Part shown: positions 56,549 through 64,000 of the stretch, piece after piece
How the letters are laid out: the number at the start of each line of letters is the position of its first letter
How positions within the stretch are numbered: position 1 is the stretch's first letter
Source of the DNA: Gammaproteobacteria bacterium
Lineage (GTDB): Bacteria; Pseudomonadota; Gammaproteobacteria; Steroidobacterales; JABDMI01
Direction: 5' to 3'
Length of the DNA: 64,000 bases
NCBI GenBank assembly: GCA_013001575.1
Contig: JABDMI010000071.1
Coordinates: 1,171 to 65,170 of the forward strand
The notes under the pieces: model-generated
Databases searched by the model: none
What the model saw: only the letters and a program-made list of their open reading frames with translations
Told to the model about the DNA's origin: nothing
Position numbers and translations under genes: made by a program

Positions 56549-57013
56549 TTATTTTCCGGTTTTTTTCTTATGCTCGATCTCGGTGGAACGAATTTCTGCT
56601 GCCGCTTTTTCTAGCACAGCGTTAACAAATTTATGACTGTCTTCTGCACCAAATTTTTTAGCTAATTTAACCGCTTCATTGATCACCACCGCAAAAGGGA
56701 TTTCGATATGCTGGTTAAATTCATACAGCCCGAGCCACAAAATGGCGTGCGATATCGGATCAAGCTGCAGCAATGGACGATCAACAAATTTTTCCAGGTC
56801 GGCATCCAGAGATTCAACATTGCTCATGATGTTTTCGAGTAATAAAGCAAAGTATTCCTGGTCGGTTTTTTTATAATCCTTGTCTTCACCGAATTGCTTG
56901 TTCAAATCTTTATAGTCAAGTGCATTCAATTGCCATTGATATAAAGCCTGCATGACCAATTGACGTGCAAGCGAGCGGGCACCGAAATCGATTTTTGGTG
57001 GAAGTGTTTTCAT
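56549..57013 (-). CDS. nusB: Transcription antitermination factor NusB
   Basis: ARQLVMQALYQWQL...FGAEDSHKFVNAVLEKAA. Start set at the internal ATG (57013) that matches the E. coli NusB N-terminus. Confidence 0.92.
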   Translation of the reverse strand: MKTLPPKIDFGARSLARQLVMQALYQWQLNALDYKDLNKQFGEDKDYKKTDQEYFALLLENIMSNVESLDADLEKFVDRPLLQLDPISHAILWLGLYEFNQHIEIPFAVVINEAVKLAKKFGAEDSHKFVNAVLEKAAAEIRSTEIEHKKKTGK

Positions 57014-57057
57014 AAGGAGTATATTTTTTATCGGCAATAAAATTCTGGGCAGCAAGA

Positions 57058-57522
57058 CTACAGCTGACGCAAAATCGATGCCATTTCAATTGCACCCAGT
57101 GCAGCCTCAGCACCTTTGTTGCCGGCTTTGGTACCAGCACGTTCGATTGCCTGTTCAATACTGTTTACCGTGATCACGCCATTAGCAATTGGCTTGCCCG
57201 AATCCAGAGCCACTTTAGCGATACCATTGGTGCACGCGCCGGATACGTATTCGAAATGCGGGGTTGCCCCGCGTATCACCGCGCCTAAAGCAATAATTGC
57301 GTCATAGTCATCCGAGCTGGCCAGATGTTTCAAGGTTACCGGGATCTCAAAGGCTCCTGGCACTTTGACCAGATGAATGTCCGAGGCTTTGGCCCCGTGA
57401 CGCACTAGACAATCTTCAGCGCCCTTGACCAGCGAGTCCACGATAAATTCATTAAAGCGAGCCGCGACAATGGCAACTCGTAATCCGCTGGCATTTAACT
57501 GGCCTTCTATTATTTTTGACAT
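57058..57522 (-). CDS. ribH: 6,7-dimethyl-8-ribityllumazine synthase
   Basis: Near-identical C-terminal block [21 protein letters not shown]; start at the internal ATG 57522, downstream of the ribB stop. Confidence 0.95.
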   Translation of the reverse strand: MSKIIEGQLNASGLRVAIVAARFNEFIVDSLVKGAEDCLVRHGAKASDIHLVKVPGAFEIPVTLKHLASSDDYDAIIALGAVIRGATPHFEYVSGACTNGIAKVALDSGKPIANGVITVNSIEQAIERAGTKAGNKGAEAALGAIEMASILRQL

Positions 57523-57544
57523 AATTTCATTCTTTTTTCTGTTT

Positions 57545-58720
57545 TCAGGAATTTTTATTTTCGTCGATGTATTCAATCACTTCCAGGCCAAAACCCGATA
57601 AACCCGACATTACTGTAGGGGCACTCAAGACTCGCATTTTACGCACACCAAGATCACGCAGTATCTGCGCACCGATCCCGTAGGTACGCAATTGACGCGA
57701 CGGTTCTTCATTGGTTTGTGACGCAGCATGAGTAACATGACGTGCTTCGATCATTTCGATCAGTTCGCGTGGCGATTCGTGGCGACGTAAAATTACGATC
57801 ACGCCTTCACCCTGTTCACTGATCATTTGCATGGCATTGCGAAGCGGCCAGCCGAGTTCTTTCCATTTTACCGAGAGCACATCACTCAGGGTGTCTTGTA
57901 AATGCACGCGCACCAGTGGTGTGGAGTTTGGTTGTATCTCCCCCTTGACCAGAGCAAGATGTACCGTGCTGTGCACATGGTCATCAAATGCGAACAATTT
58001 GAACTCACCAAAATCGGTTGGAACATTCTTTTCAACCAGACGTTCGATCGAGACTTCATTTTGTAAACGGTAACTGATGAGATCGGCAATGGTGGCCATT
58101 TTGATATCGTGTTCCTTACAGAACACTTCCAGATCCGGGCGTCGCGCCATGCTGCCATCTTCATTCAGGATCTCAACGATCACTGCCGCCGGTTCGGCTC
58201 CCGCCAGGCGCGCCAGATCACAACCCGCTTCGGTGTGCCCGGCACGTGCCAGGACGCCACCCGGTTGAGCCATTAAGGGAAAAATGTGACCCGGCTGGCT
58301 GATGTCATTGGGGTGTGCGTCTTTGGCGACCGCAGCCTGCACGGTCAGTGCGCGGTCGTGCGCGGAAATACCTGTGGTAATTCCTTCTGCGGCTTCGATG
58401 GATAAAGTGAAATTCGTGGTGCGCTGCGAATCGGTGTCACTCACCATTAGTGGCAGGCGTAATTGGCGACAACGCTCACGACTCAGGGTCAGGCAGATCA
58501 GTCCACGCCCATAGCGCGCCATAAAATTGATATCTTTGGCTTGCACGTGCTCAGCCAACATGATCAGATCACCTTCGTTCTCGCGATCTTCGTCATCCAG
58601 CAGAACAACCATTTTGCCCTGTTTGAGATCGTCGATTACCGCCGGTATATCGGCGAACATCGTGGATTGCGATGTATCGGGAAGATTATTTGGCATATTC
58701 ACTACATTCATGATGCACAC
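57545..58720 (-). CDS. ribB: 3,4-dihydroxy-2-butanone-4-phosphate synthase with degenerate C-terminal GTP-cyclohydrolase-II-like domain (RibBX type)
   Basis: The N-terminal DHBP synthase domain is intact ([16 protein letters not shown]). The C-terminal RibA-like domain lacks the Zn-binding Cys motif, with [21 protein letters not shown] in place of the VRVHSECLTGD..RCDCG that I recall for RibA. Confidence 0.85.
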   Translation of the reverse strand: MCIMNVVNMPNNLPDTSQSTMFADIPAVIDDLKQGKMVVLLDDEDRENEGDLIMLAEHVQAKDINFMARYGRGLICLTLSRERCRQLRLPLMVSDTDSQRTTNFTLSIEAAEGITTGISAHDRALTVQAAVAKDAHPNDISQPGHIFPLMAQPGGVLARAGHTEAGCDLARLAGAEPAAVIVEILNEDGSMARRPDLEVFCKEHDIKMATIADLISYRLQNEVSIERLVEKNVPTDFGEFKLFAFDDHVHSTVHLALVKGEIQPNSTPLVRVHLQDTLSDVLSVKWKELGWPLRNAMQMISEQGEGVIVILRRHESPRELIEMIEARHVTHAASQTNEEPSRQLRTYGIGAQILRDLGVRKMRVLSAPTVMSGLSGFGLEVIEYIDENKNS

Positions 58721-58723
58721 GTA

Positions 58724-59398
58724 TTAATTTTGAGGTCCAAAACCAGAACCAGTTATTTTCTCATAAGTCAGCTCACTAGTCGCGTCACGACTCGGGCCAT
58801 TGATCGCGTCTGTGGAGAATAGACGCTCGAGATAACGGGCGATGAGGTCAACTTCGAGATTCACTTTGCCGCCGGTTTGCCAGGTGTGGATGTTGGTGTG
58901 GGCGTGGGTATGTGGAATGATCATGACCTCAAACTCGTGCTGGTCTACCGCATTCACTGTTAAACTAATGCCGTCGAGACACACACTGCCTTTTTTGGCG
59001 ATATAGCGCGACAGGCTTTCTGGCGCTGCCAAACGTATATGCCAGGCATTCGAGGCTTCCTTCATGTTAACGACCGTTGCGATGCCATCAACATGGCCGC
59101 TAACCAAATGACCACCCAGCGGATCCTTTAGGGTCAATGATTTTTCAAAATTCAGGGTGGCATTCAATGGCAAGTTGCCCAGCGTGGTCAATGCCAGGGT
59201 TTCTTCAGAAGCATCCGCCACGAAGCTATTGGCTGTGAACTCGGTTGCGGTCAAACACACACCGTTAACCGCGATACTTGCGCCTTTTTCAATGTCACTC
59301 AGATCCATGTTATCCAGAACAAAGCCCAGACGTGCATCGCCGCCGGTATTTTCCCGCGACTGCAATTTGCCTGTGGACTGAATCAAACCGGTGAACAT
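58724..59398 (-). CDS. ribE: Riboflavin synthase (alpha subunit)
   Basis: MFTGLIQSTGKL..., duplicated lumazine-binding repeats (GASIAVNGVCLT / GSVCLDGISLT). Confidence 0.93.
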   Translation of the reverse strand: MFTGLIQSTGKLQSRENTGGDARLGFVLDNMDLSDIEKGASIAVNGVCLTATEFTANSFVADASEETLALTTLGNLPLNATLNFEKSLTLKDPLGGHLVSGHVDGIATVVNMKEASNAWHIRLAAPESLSRYIAKKGSVCLDGISLTVNAVDQHEFEVMIIPHTHAHTNIHTWQTGGKVNLEVDLIARYLERLFSTDAINGPSRDATSELTYEKITGSGFGPQN

Positions 59399-59416
59399 AA
59401 TTAAACTCGAATTGGA

Positions 59417-60535
59417 CTATTTTTGAAAATGATAAATGAGGCGCACATCGTTAACGATGGTTTTCACGTCCTGTAATTTTAATTCTTGCCGATCTTGTAT
59501 GCTAGCAAGTTCTGGCAGCTGCACTATTCCAAATGGTGATCTGCCTAATAACATCGGGGCCAGATACATTCTCAACTCATCCACAATTCCAGCCGCGATG
59601 CATTGCCCCTGAAACTCGGCACCCGCCTCGAGCAGCACATTGTTGATCTCGCGACGACCCAATTCCTGCATCAATTCGTGTAGCTCAAAATGGCTTGAAT
59701 CTGCAGACAAGGCCATGACTTCAACCCTAGCGTTGTCTGAAAATTGCTTTTGTGCAGATGACAAATTCTCGCCAGCCACAATTAGTAGAGTGTTGCCCGG
59801 TTGATGAAAAACTTTCGCGCTGTTTGGCACCCGGGCCTTGGCATCCAGAACGATTCGCAAGGGTTGACGCGGATACAAGTCATCCTGGTCACGCGCCGTC
59901 AGGCGCGGGTCATCGGCGAGTACGGTATTGGCGGTGGTTACTATTGCCGACATGCTTGAACGATACTGGTGGGCATCGGCACGCGATTGCGCATTCGATA
60001 TCCAGTTGCTGTCGCCAGTGGCGATGGCACTGCGACCGTCCACACTCACCCCCATTTTTGCCGTAACAAAGGGAACCCCTGTGTGCATGCGTTTGATGAA
60101 ACCGCGGTTCAATGTTTGAGCCTCATTGGCTAACAATCCGGTTTCGCATTCAATTCCGGCCTGTCTGAACTTTTCAATACTTTTTCCAGCAACCAAAGGG
60201 TTCGGATCGGCACAGGCGATGATAACTTTGGCAACTTTCGCTTTGATCAAAGCATTCACACAGGGTGGTGTGCGACCCTGATGTGCGCACGGTTCCAGTG
60301 TGACATAGGCCGTTGCACCGTCTGCCGCATCGCCCGCTTCAGCTAAAGCAACGACCTCGGCATGCGCAAAACCAACCGCTTGAGTTGCCCCGGCGCCAAG
60401 CATTTTGGCATTTTTAACCAGCACACAGCCCACATGCGGGTTTGGATCAGCAATTGCAGCCGAGGACTGTGCAAGCTCCAGGGCTTCACGCATCCAGTGT
60501 TCGTCCTGTGGAGTGAAATTAGCGGCCATAATCAA
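59417..60535 (-). CDS. ribD: Bifunctional diaminohydroxyphosphoribosylaminopyrimidine deaminase / 5-amino-6-(5-phosphoribosylamino)uracil reductase
   Basis: HAEVVAL and PCAHQGRTPPC deaminase motifs plus a C-terminal reductase domain. Confidence 0.93.
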   Translation of the reverse strand: MIMAANFTPQDEHWMREALELAQSSAAIADPNPHVGCVLVKNAKMLGAGATQAVGFAHAEVVALAEAGDAADGATAYVTLEPCAHQGRTPPCVNALIKAKVAKVIIACADPNPLVAGKSIEKFRQAGIECETGLLANEAQTLNRGFIKRMHTGVPFVTAKMGVSVDGRSAIATGDSNWISNAQSRADAHQYRSSMSAIVTTANTVLADDPRLTARDQDDLYPRQPLRIVLDAKARVPNSAKVFHQPGNTLLIVAGENLSSAQKQFSDNARVEVMALSADSSHFELHELMQELGRREINNVLLEAGAEFQGQCIAAGIVDELRMYLAPMLLGRSPFGIVQLPELASIQDRQELKLQDVKTIVNDVRLIYHFQK

Positions 60536-60556
60536 TAAGTGCGATGGGTTCGGGGA

Positions 60557-61069
60557 TTATTTTTTGGATTTGTTTTTTTTACTAAGCAAGGACAATTGCA
60601 GTTTGTGGTTCTCGTCACGAACATCTTCGAGACGCTCGATCTCTTCTTTAAAAGCGTCAACATCCTGGAAACTGCGATACACCGAAGCAAAGCGTACATA
60701 AGCGACCTCATCAAGTTGACGCAATTCCTTCATGACCAGTTCACCCACCTGATTACTCGGAATGTCACGCTCGCCACTGCGTAATAAAGCCTTGATGATG
60801 TGGCTGATAGCAGCCTCAATGGCCTCGGATTTAACCGGGCGTTTTTCCAGGGCGCGGGTTAAGCCACGCCGCAATTTTGCTTCATCAAATGGCACCCGCG
60901 TATTGTCGTTTTTGATCAAATGCGGCATGACCAACTCGGCGCTTTCGAATGTGGTAAAGCGTTCGCCACATTCCACGCACTCTCTACGACGCCGTATCTG
61001 GCTCCCTTCTCCGGCTAAACGCGAGTCTACAACTTTGGTCTCGGGATGATCGCAGAAAGGACAACGCAT
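60557..61069 (-). CDS. nrdR: Transcriptional repressor NrdR
   Basis: [17 protein letters not shown] Zn-ribbon plus ATP-cone. Confidence 0.95.
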   Translation of the reverse strand: MRCPFCDHPETKVVDSRLAGEGSQIRRRRECVECGERFTTFESAELVMPHLIKNDNTRVPFDEAKLRRGLTRALEKRPVKSEAIEAAISHIIKALLRSGERDIPSNQVGELVMKELRQLDEVAYVRFASVYRSFQDVDAFKEEIERLEDVRDENHKLQLSLLSKKNKSKK

Positions 61070-61088
61070 TTAATAAACCGTGATGGTA

Positions 61089-62342
61089 CTAGCTTTTATA
61101 AACCGGAAAACGCGCGCACAGTTCAAGCACTTCATTTTTTACGCGCTTGATGGTGTTCTCATTGTCGATGTCATCGATCACATCGGCAATCCAGTTGGCC
61201 ACTTGTTTGACTTCGGTTTCACCAAAGCCACGTGTGGTGATGGCGGGCGTGCCCAAACGCAAGCCACTGGTGACAAACGGTGAACGCGGATCATTCGGTA
61301 CGGTGTTTTTATTCACAGTGATGTTGGCGCGTCCGAGTGCAGCATCAGCAACTTTACCGGTGATGTCTTTATCGATCAGGTCCAGCAACAACAAATGGTT
61401 TTCGGTGCGGTCGGACACGATCTTGTACCCTCGCTCTTGCAAGGTTTTCACCATAGTCTGGGCATTATCAACCACTTTTTGTTGATAGGCTTTGAATTCC
61501 GGTTCCAGCGCTTCTTTGAACGCGACCGCTTTGGCGGCAATCACATGCATCAATGGTCCGCCCTGAGTACCCGGAAAGATCAGGGAATTGAATTTTTTGG
61601 TCAAGTCATCATTTTTTCTGGCCAGGATCAAACCGCCACGAGGACCGCGCAAGGTTTTATGCGTGGTGGTGGTAACCACGTCTGCATAGGGCAAGGGGTT
61701 TGGATAATGTCCGGTCGCCACCAGTCCGGCCACATGCGCCATGTCGACAAACAGATACGCCCCGCAAGAGTCGGCAATTTCTCGAAACCGGGCAAAGTCC
61801 AAACGCAATGAGTACGCCGAGAACCCGGCAATGATCATTTTGGGTTGATGTTTGTCGGTCAGGTTTTGCAATTCGTCGTAATCAATTGCACCCTCGTCAT
61901 CAATACCGTAAGGGATGATGTTGAACAGCTTGCCGGAAAAGTTGGCTTTAGAACCATGGGTCAAATGCCCGCCATGATCCAGACTCATGCCCATAACCGT
62001 GTCACCCGGTTTGACCAGTGCGTGGTAAACCGCGGCATTGGCCTGGGATCCGGAATGCGGCTGCACATTGGCATAATCGGCGCCGAACAATTCCTTGGCA
62101 CGTTCAATGGCCAGTGACTCAGCCACATCCACATGCTCACAGCCGCCGTAATAACGCTTGCCCGGGTAGCCTTCCGCGTATTTATTGGTCAATACCGAGC
62201 CTTGAGCCTGCATAACTCGCGGGCTGGTGTAATTTTCCGACGCGATGAGTTCGATGTGCTCCTCCTGACGAACTTTTTCCGCATTAATGGCGGCTTCTAA
62301 CTCAGGATCAAAACTGGCAATGGTCATATCGGCTGAAAACAT
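61089..62342 (-). CDS. glyA: Serine hydroxymethyltransferase
   Basis: 417 aa, [17 protein letters not shown]-lysine motif. Confidence 0.97.
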   Translation of the reverse strand: MFSADMTIASFDPELEAAINAEKVRQEEHIELIASENYTSPRVMQAQGSVLTNKYAEGYPGKRYYGGCEHVDVAESLAIERAKELFGADYANVQPHSGSQANAAVYHALVKPGDTVMGMSLDHGGHLTHGSKANFSGKLFNIIPYGIDDEGAIDYDELQNLTDKHQPKMIIAGFSAYSLRLDFARFREIADSCGAYLFVDMAHVAGLVATGHYPNPLPYADVVTTTTHKTLRGPRGGLILARKNDDLTKKFNSLIFPGTQGGPLMHVIAAKAVAFKEALEPEFKAYQQKVVDNAQTMVKTLQERGYKIVSDRTENHLLLLDLIDKDITGKVADAALGRANITVNKNTVPNDPRSPFVTSGLRLGTPAITTRGFGETEVKQVANWIADVIDDIDNENTIKRVKNEVLELCARFPVYKS

Positions 62343-62614
62343 CGAAAAATACTCCGAAAAAGGCTAAATAATGGCTAAAAACTGGTGAAAAATCGAAGGC
62401 AGAATTGTAACTCAGACAGCGCTGTAATTGGGAGAGAATGGACGGCTAATTGGCAAATAATTGCACGATGCGTAAGGCCATGCGACTTTCAGTATCCAGT
62501 TCATCATCGAATAATTGATCTAATGCAAAAGAATTAACTTGTGACGGGCAAATTCCATTTTATTCTGTCTGAAAATTGCCTGTGCTATTTATCAAATTTC
62601 TTTCCGAAGCGGAC

Positions 62615-62623
62615 TGATATAAT
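62615..62623 (+). promoter_or_regulatory. Candidate extended -10 promoter element for rimK
   Basis: TGATATAAT (TGnTATAAT) about 30 nt upstream of the rimK ATG; no good -35. Confidence 0.35.
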
Positions 62624-62651
62624 CAAGCAACTGAGCGCATACCAAAAAAAC

Positions 62652-63539
62652 ATGAACATCGGCATTCTTTCTCGCAGTTCGCAGATCTACTCAACACGAC
62701 GTATGTTGCATGTAGCGCGTGAGCGTGGGCACAATGTTCAGATCGTCAATCCCTTGCGCTGTTACATGAATGTCTCCAAGCGCCATCCGGAAATACATTT
62801 CCAGGGTCGTGTGCTGGAAAATTTTGACGCCATCATTCCACGCATAGGTACCTCGATCACTTTTTATGGAACCGCTGTAGTTAGACAGTTTGAAATGATG
62901 GGGGTATTCACACTCAATTCTTCCCGTAGCATCAATCGCTCACGCAACAAACTGGTCTCGATGCAACTCCTAGCACAACATGGCTTGCCCATGCCGCGCA
63001 CCGGCTTTGCCGACTCCCCCGGCGACACCGATGACCTGCTCGACCTGGTTGGGGGCACACCGGTGGTGATCAAACTCACCGAAGGTACCCAGGGCATGGG
63101 CGTGGTCTTGGGTGAAACCAAAAAAGCCGCTGAAAGTGTGATTGAAGCCTTGCGTGGTCTGCAAGCGACATTTTTGGTGCAGGAATACATAGAAGAAGCC
63201 AATGGTGAAGACATTCGCTGTTTAGTGATAGGCAATGAAGTGGTCGCAGCAATGAAACGGCATGCCAAAGAAGGCGACTTTCGTTCCAATTTACACCGTG
63301 GTGGTTATGCGATTGTCGAAAAGATCTCGGCAGAAGAACGCAAAATAGCAGTACAAGCATCACAAATACTGGGACTGGATGTCGCCGGTGTTGACCTCTT
63401 ACGCTCGCGTAAAGGCCCGCTGGTATTGGAAGTCAATTCATCACCCGGTCTTGAAGGTATAGAAAAATCCTCCGGCGTGGACATTGCCAGTAAGATGATC
63501 GACTATCTGGAAAAAAACACCCGTCACAAAAATCAATAA
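62652..63539 (+). CDS. rimK: Ribosomal protein S6--L-glutamate ligase (ATP-grasp)
   Basis: [17 protein letters not shown]... canonical RimK N-terminus and ATP-grasp motifs; the ORF-track GTG extension from 62541 is rejected. Confidence 0.9.
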   Translation: MNIGILSRSSQIYSTRRMLHVARERGHNVQIVNPLRCYMNVSKRHPEIHFQGRVLENFDAIIPRIGTSITFYGTAVVRQFEMMGVFTLNSSRSINRSRNKLVSMQLLAQHGLPMPRTGFADSPGDTDDLLDLVGGTPVVIKLTEGTQGMGVVLGETKKAAESVIEALRGLQATFLVQEYIEEANGEDIRCLVIGNEVVAAMKRHAKEGDFRSNLHRGGYAIVEKISAEERKIAVQASQILGLDVAGVDLLRSRKGPLVLEVNSSPGLEGIEKSSGVDIASKMIDYLEKNTRHKNQ

Positions 63540-63566
63540 TCACAATCACTACCAAAGAAACTTAAT

Positions 63567-64000
63567 ATGGCACTTCCCAAAAACGATGCATTTGTTTTCA
63601 ATGACACCAAGATCCAGCCGGGCGAACGCGCCTCCATGGACCTGATCGTCGGACAGCTTTACACTCACACGCCAGTCAGTATGAGTGTTGAGGTTTTCAA
63701 TGGTAAATACGCGGGTCCAACCATTTTTGTATCAGCGGCTATTCACGGTGACGAGCTCAACGGAATCGAAATTATCCGACGTTTGCTACGTTTACCCGCA
63801 TTAAAACGATTGCGTGGCACCTTGATCGCAATTCCAATCGTAAATGTTTTAAGTGTGGTGCACGGGTCACGTTATTTACCCGACCGTCGCGACCTTAACC
63901 GCTGCTTTCCCGGTACAAAAAAAGGCAGTCTGGCTTCACGCATGGCAAATACTTTCATGACCCAGGTGGTTAAAAAATGCGATTACGGAATCGACCTGCA
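63567..64000 (+). CDS. Succinylglutamate desuccinylase/aspartoacylase-family zinc deacylase (partial, runs off window end)
   Basis: My own translation from ATG 63567: MALPKNDAFVFNDTKIQPGERASMDL...VSAAIHGDELNGIEIIRRLL. HGDE is the Zn-binding motif of this family, which often pairs with rimK. Confidence 0.7.
   Translation, partial: MALPKNDAFVFNDTKIQPGERASMDLIVGQLYTHTPVSMSVEVFNGKYAGPTIFVSAAIHGDELNGIEIIRRLLRLPALKRLRGTLIAIPIVNVLSVVHGSRYLPDRRDLNRCFPGTKKGSLASRMANTFMTQVVKKCDYGIDL

Noticed and set aside
57523-60556. FMN (RFN) riboswitch in the riboflavin operon
   Set aside because: The intergenic gaps between nrdR, ribD, ribE, ribB and ribH are only 3-22 nt, which leaves no space for a roughly 140-nt RFN element.
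62541-62651. GTG-initiated N-terminal extension of rimK
   Set aside because: The canonical RimK N-terminus (MNIGILSR) starts at 62652. The extension would cover the candidate promoter and has no family resemblance.

Overview
This window looks like a mostly core chromosomal segment of a gammaproteobacterium. Gene order resembles the Pseudomonas-type rpsT-murJ-ribF-ileS-lspA-ispH locus followed by the fimT/fimU-pilVWXY1E minor-pilin operon. All calls rest on reading the supplied translations and the DNA; no database search was run.

Main blocks:
- **179-8148:** complete type IV pilus minor-pilin/PilY1 operon.
- **8180-21092:** housekeeping genes ispH, lspA, ileS, ribF, murJ, rpsT, obg, rpmA, rplU, ispB, ada.
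- **21180-26924:** tightly packed six-gene cluster matching the ArsM/ArsS arsenosugar neighbourhood (rSAM/selenodomain-associated).
- **26925-28499:** AT-rich two-gene islet encoding an HTH-like hypothetical protein and a small lipoprotein made of KIIKNG repeats.
- **29733-32358:** EF-P modification locus epmA-efp-epmB.
- **32523-38271:** FimX-like degenerate REC-PAS-GGDEF-EAL protein, htpX, and a FimV/HubP-like LysM protein.
- **38343-43299:** parC, a methyltransferase and parE.
- **43459-46385:** rubrerythrin-VOC-FeS/CCG-DUF3501 operon.
- **46695-50837:** xseB-ispA-dxs and folE2.
- **50838-52292:** aldo/keto reductase next to a decayed transposase remnant.
- **52293-54345:** two adjacent Ser/Thr-kinase-like genes, one fused to a cyclic-nucleotide-binding domain.
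- **54385-62342:** glyA-nrdR-ribD-ribE-ribB(X)-ribH-nusB-DUF2889-thiL-pgpA operon.
- **62652-64000:** rimK plus a partial deacylase gene.

I found no rRNA, tRNA, CRISPR array or intact mobile element.

The most unusual items are the KIIKNG-repeat lipoprotein islet, the kinase pair, the accessory genes of the arsenosugar cluster, and a FimT-like pilin that combines a GRxR motif with a non-canonical prepilin signal.
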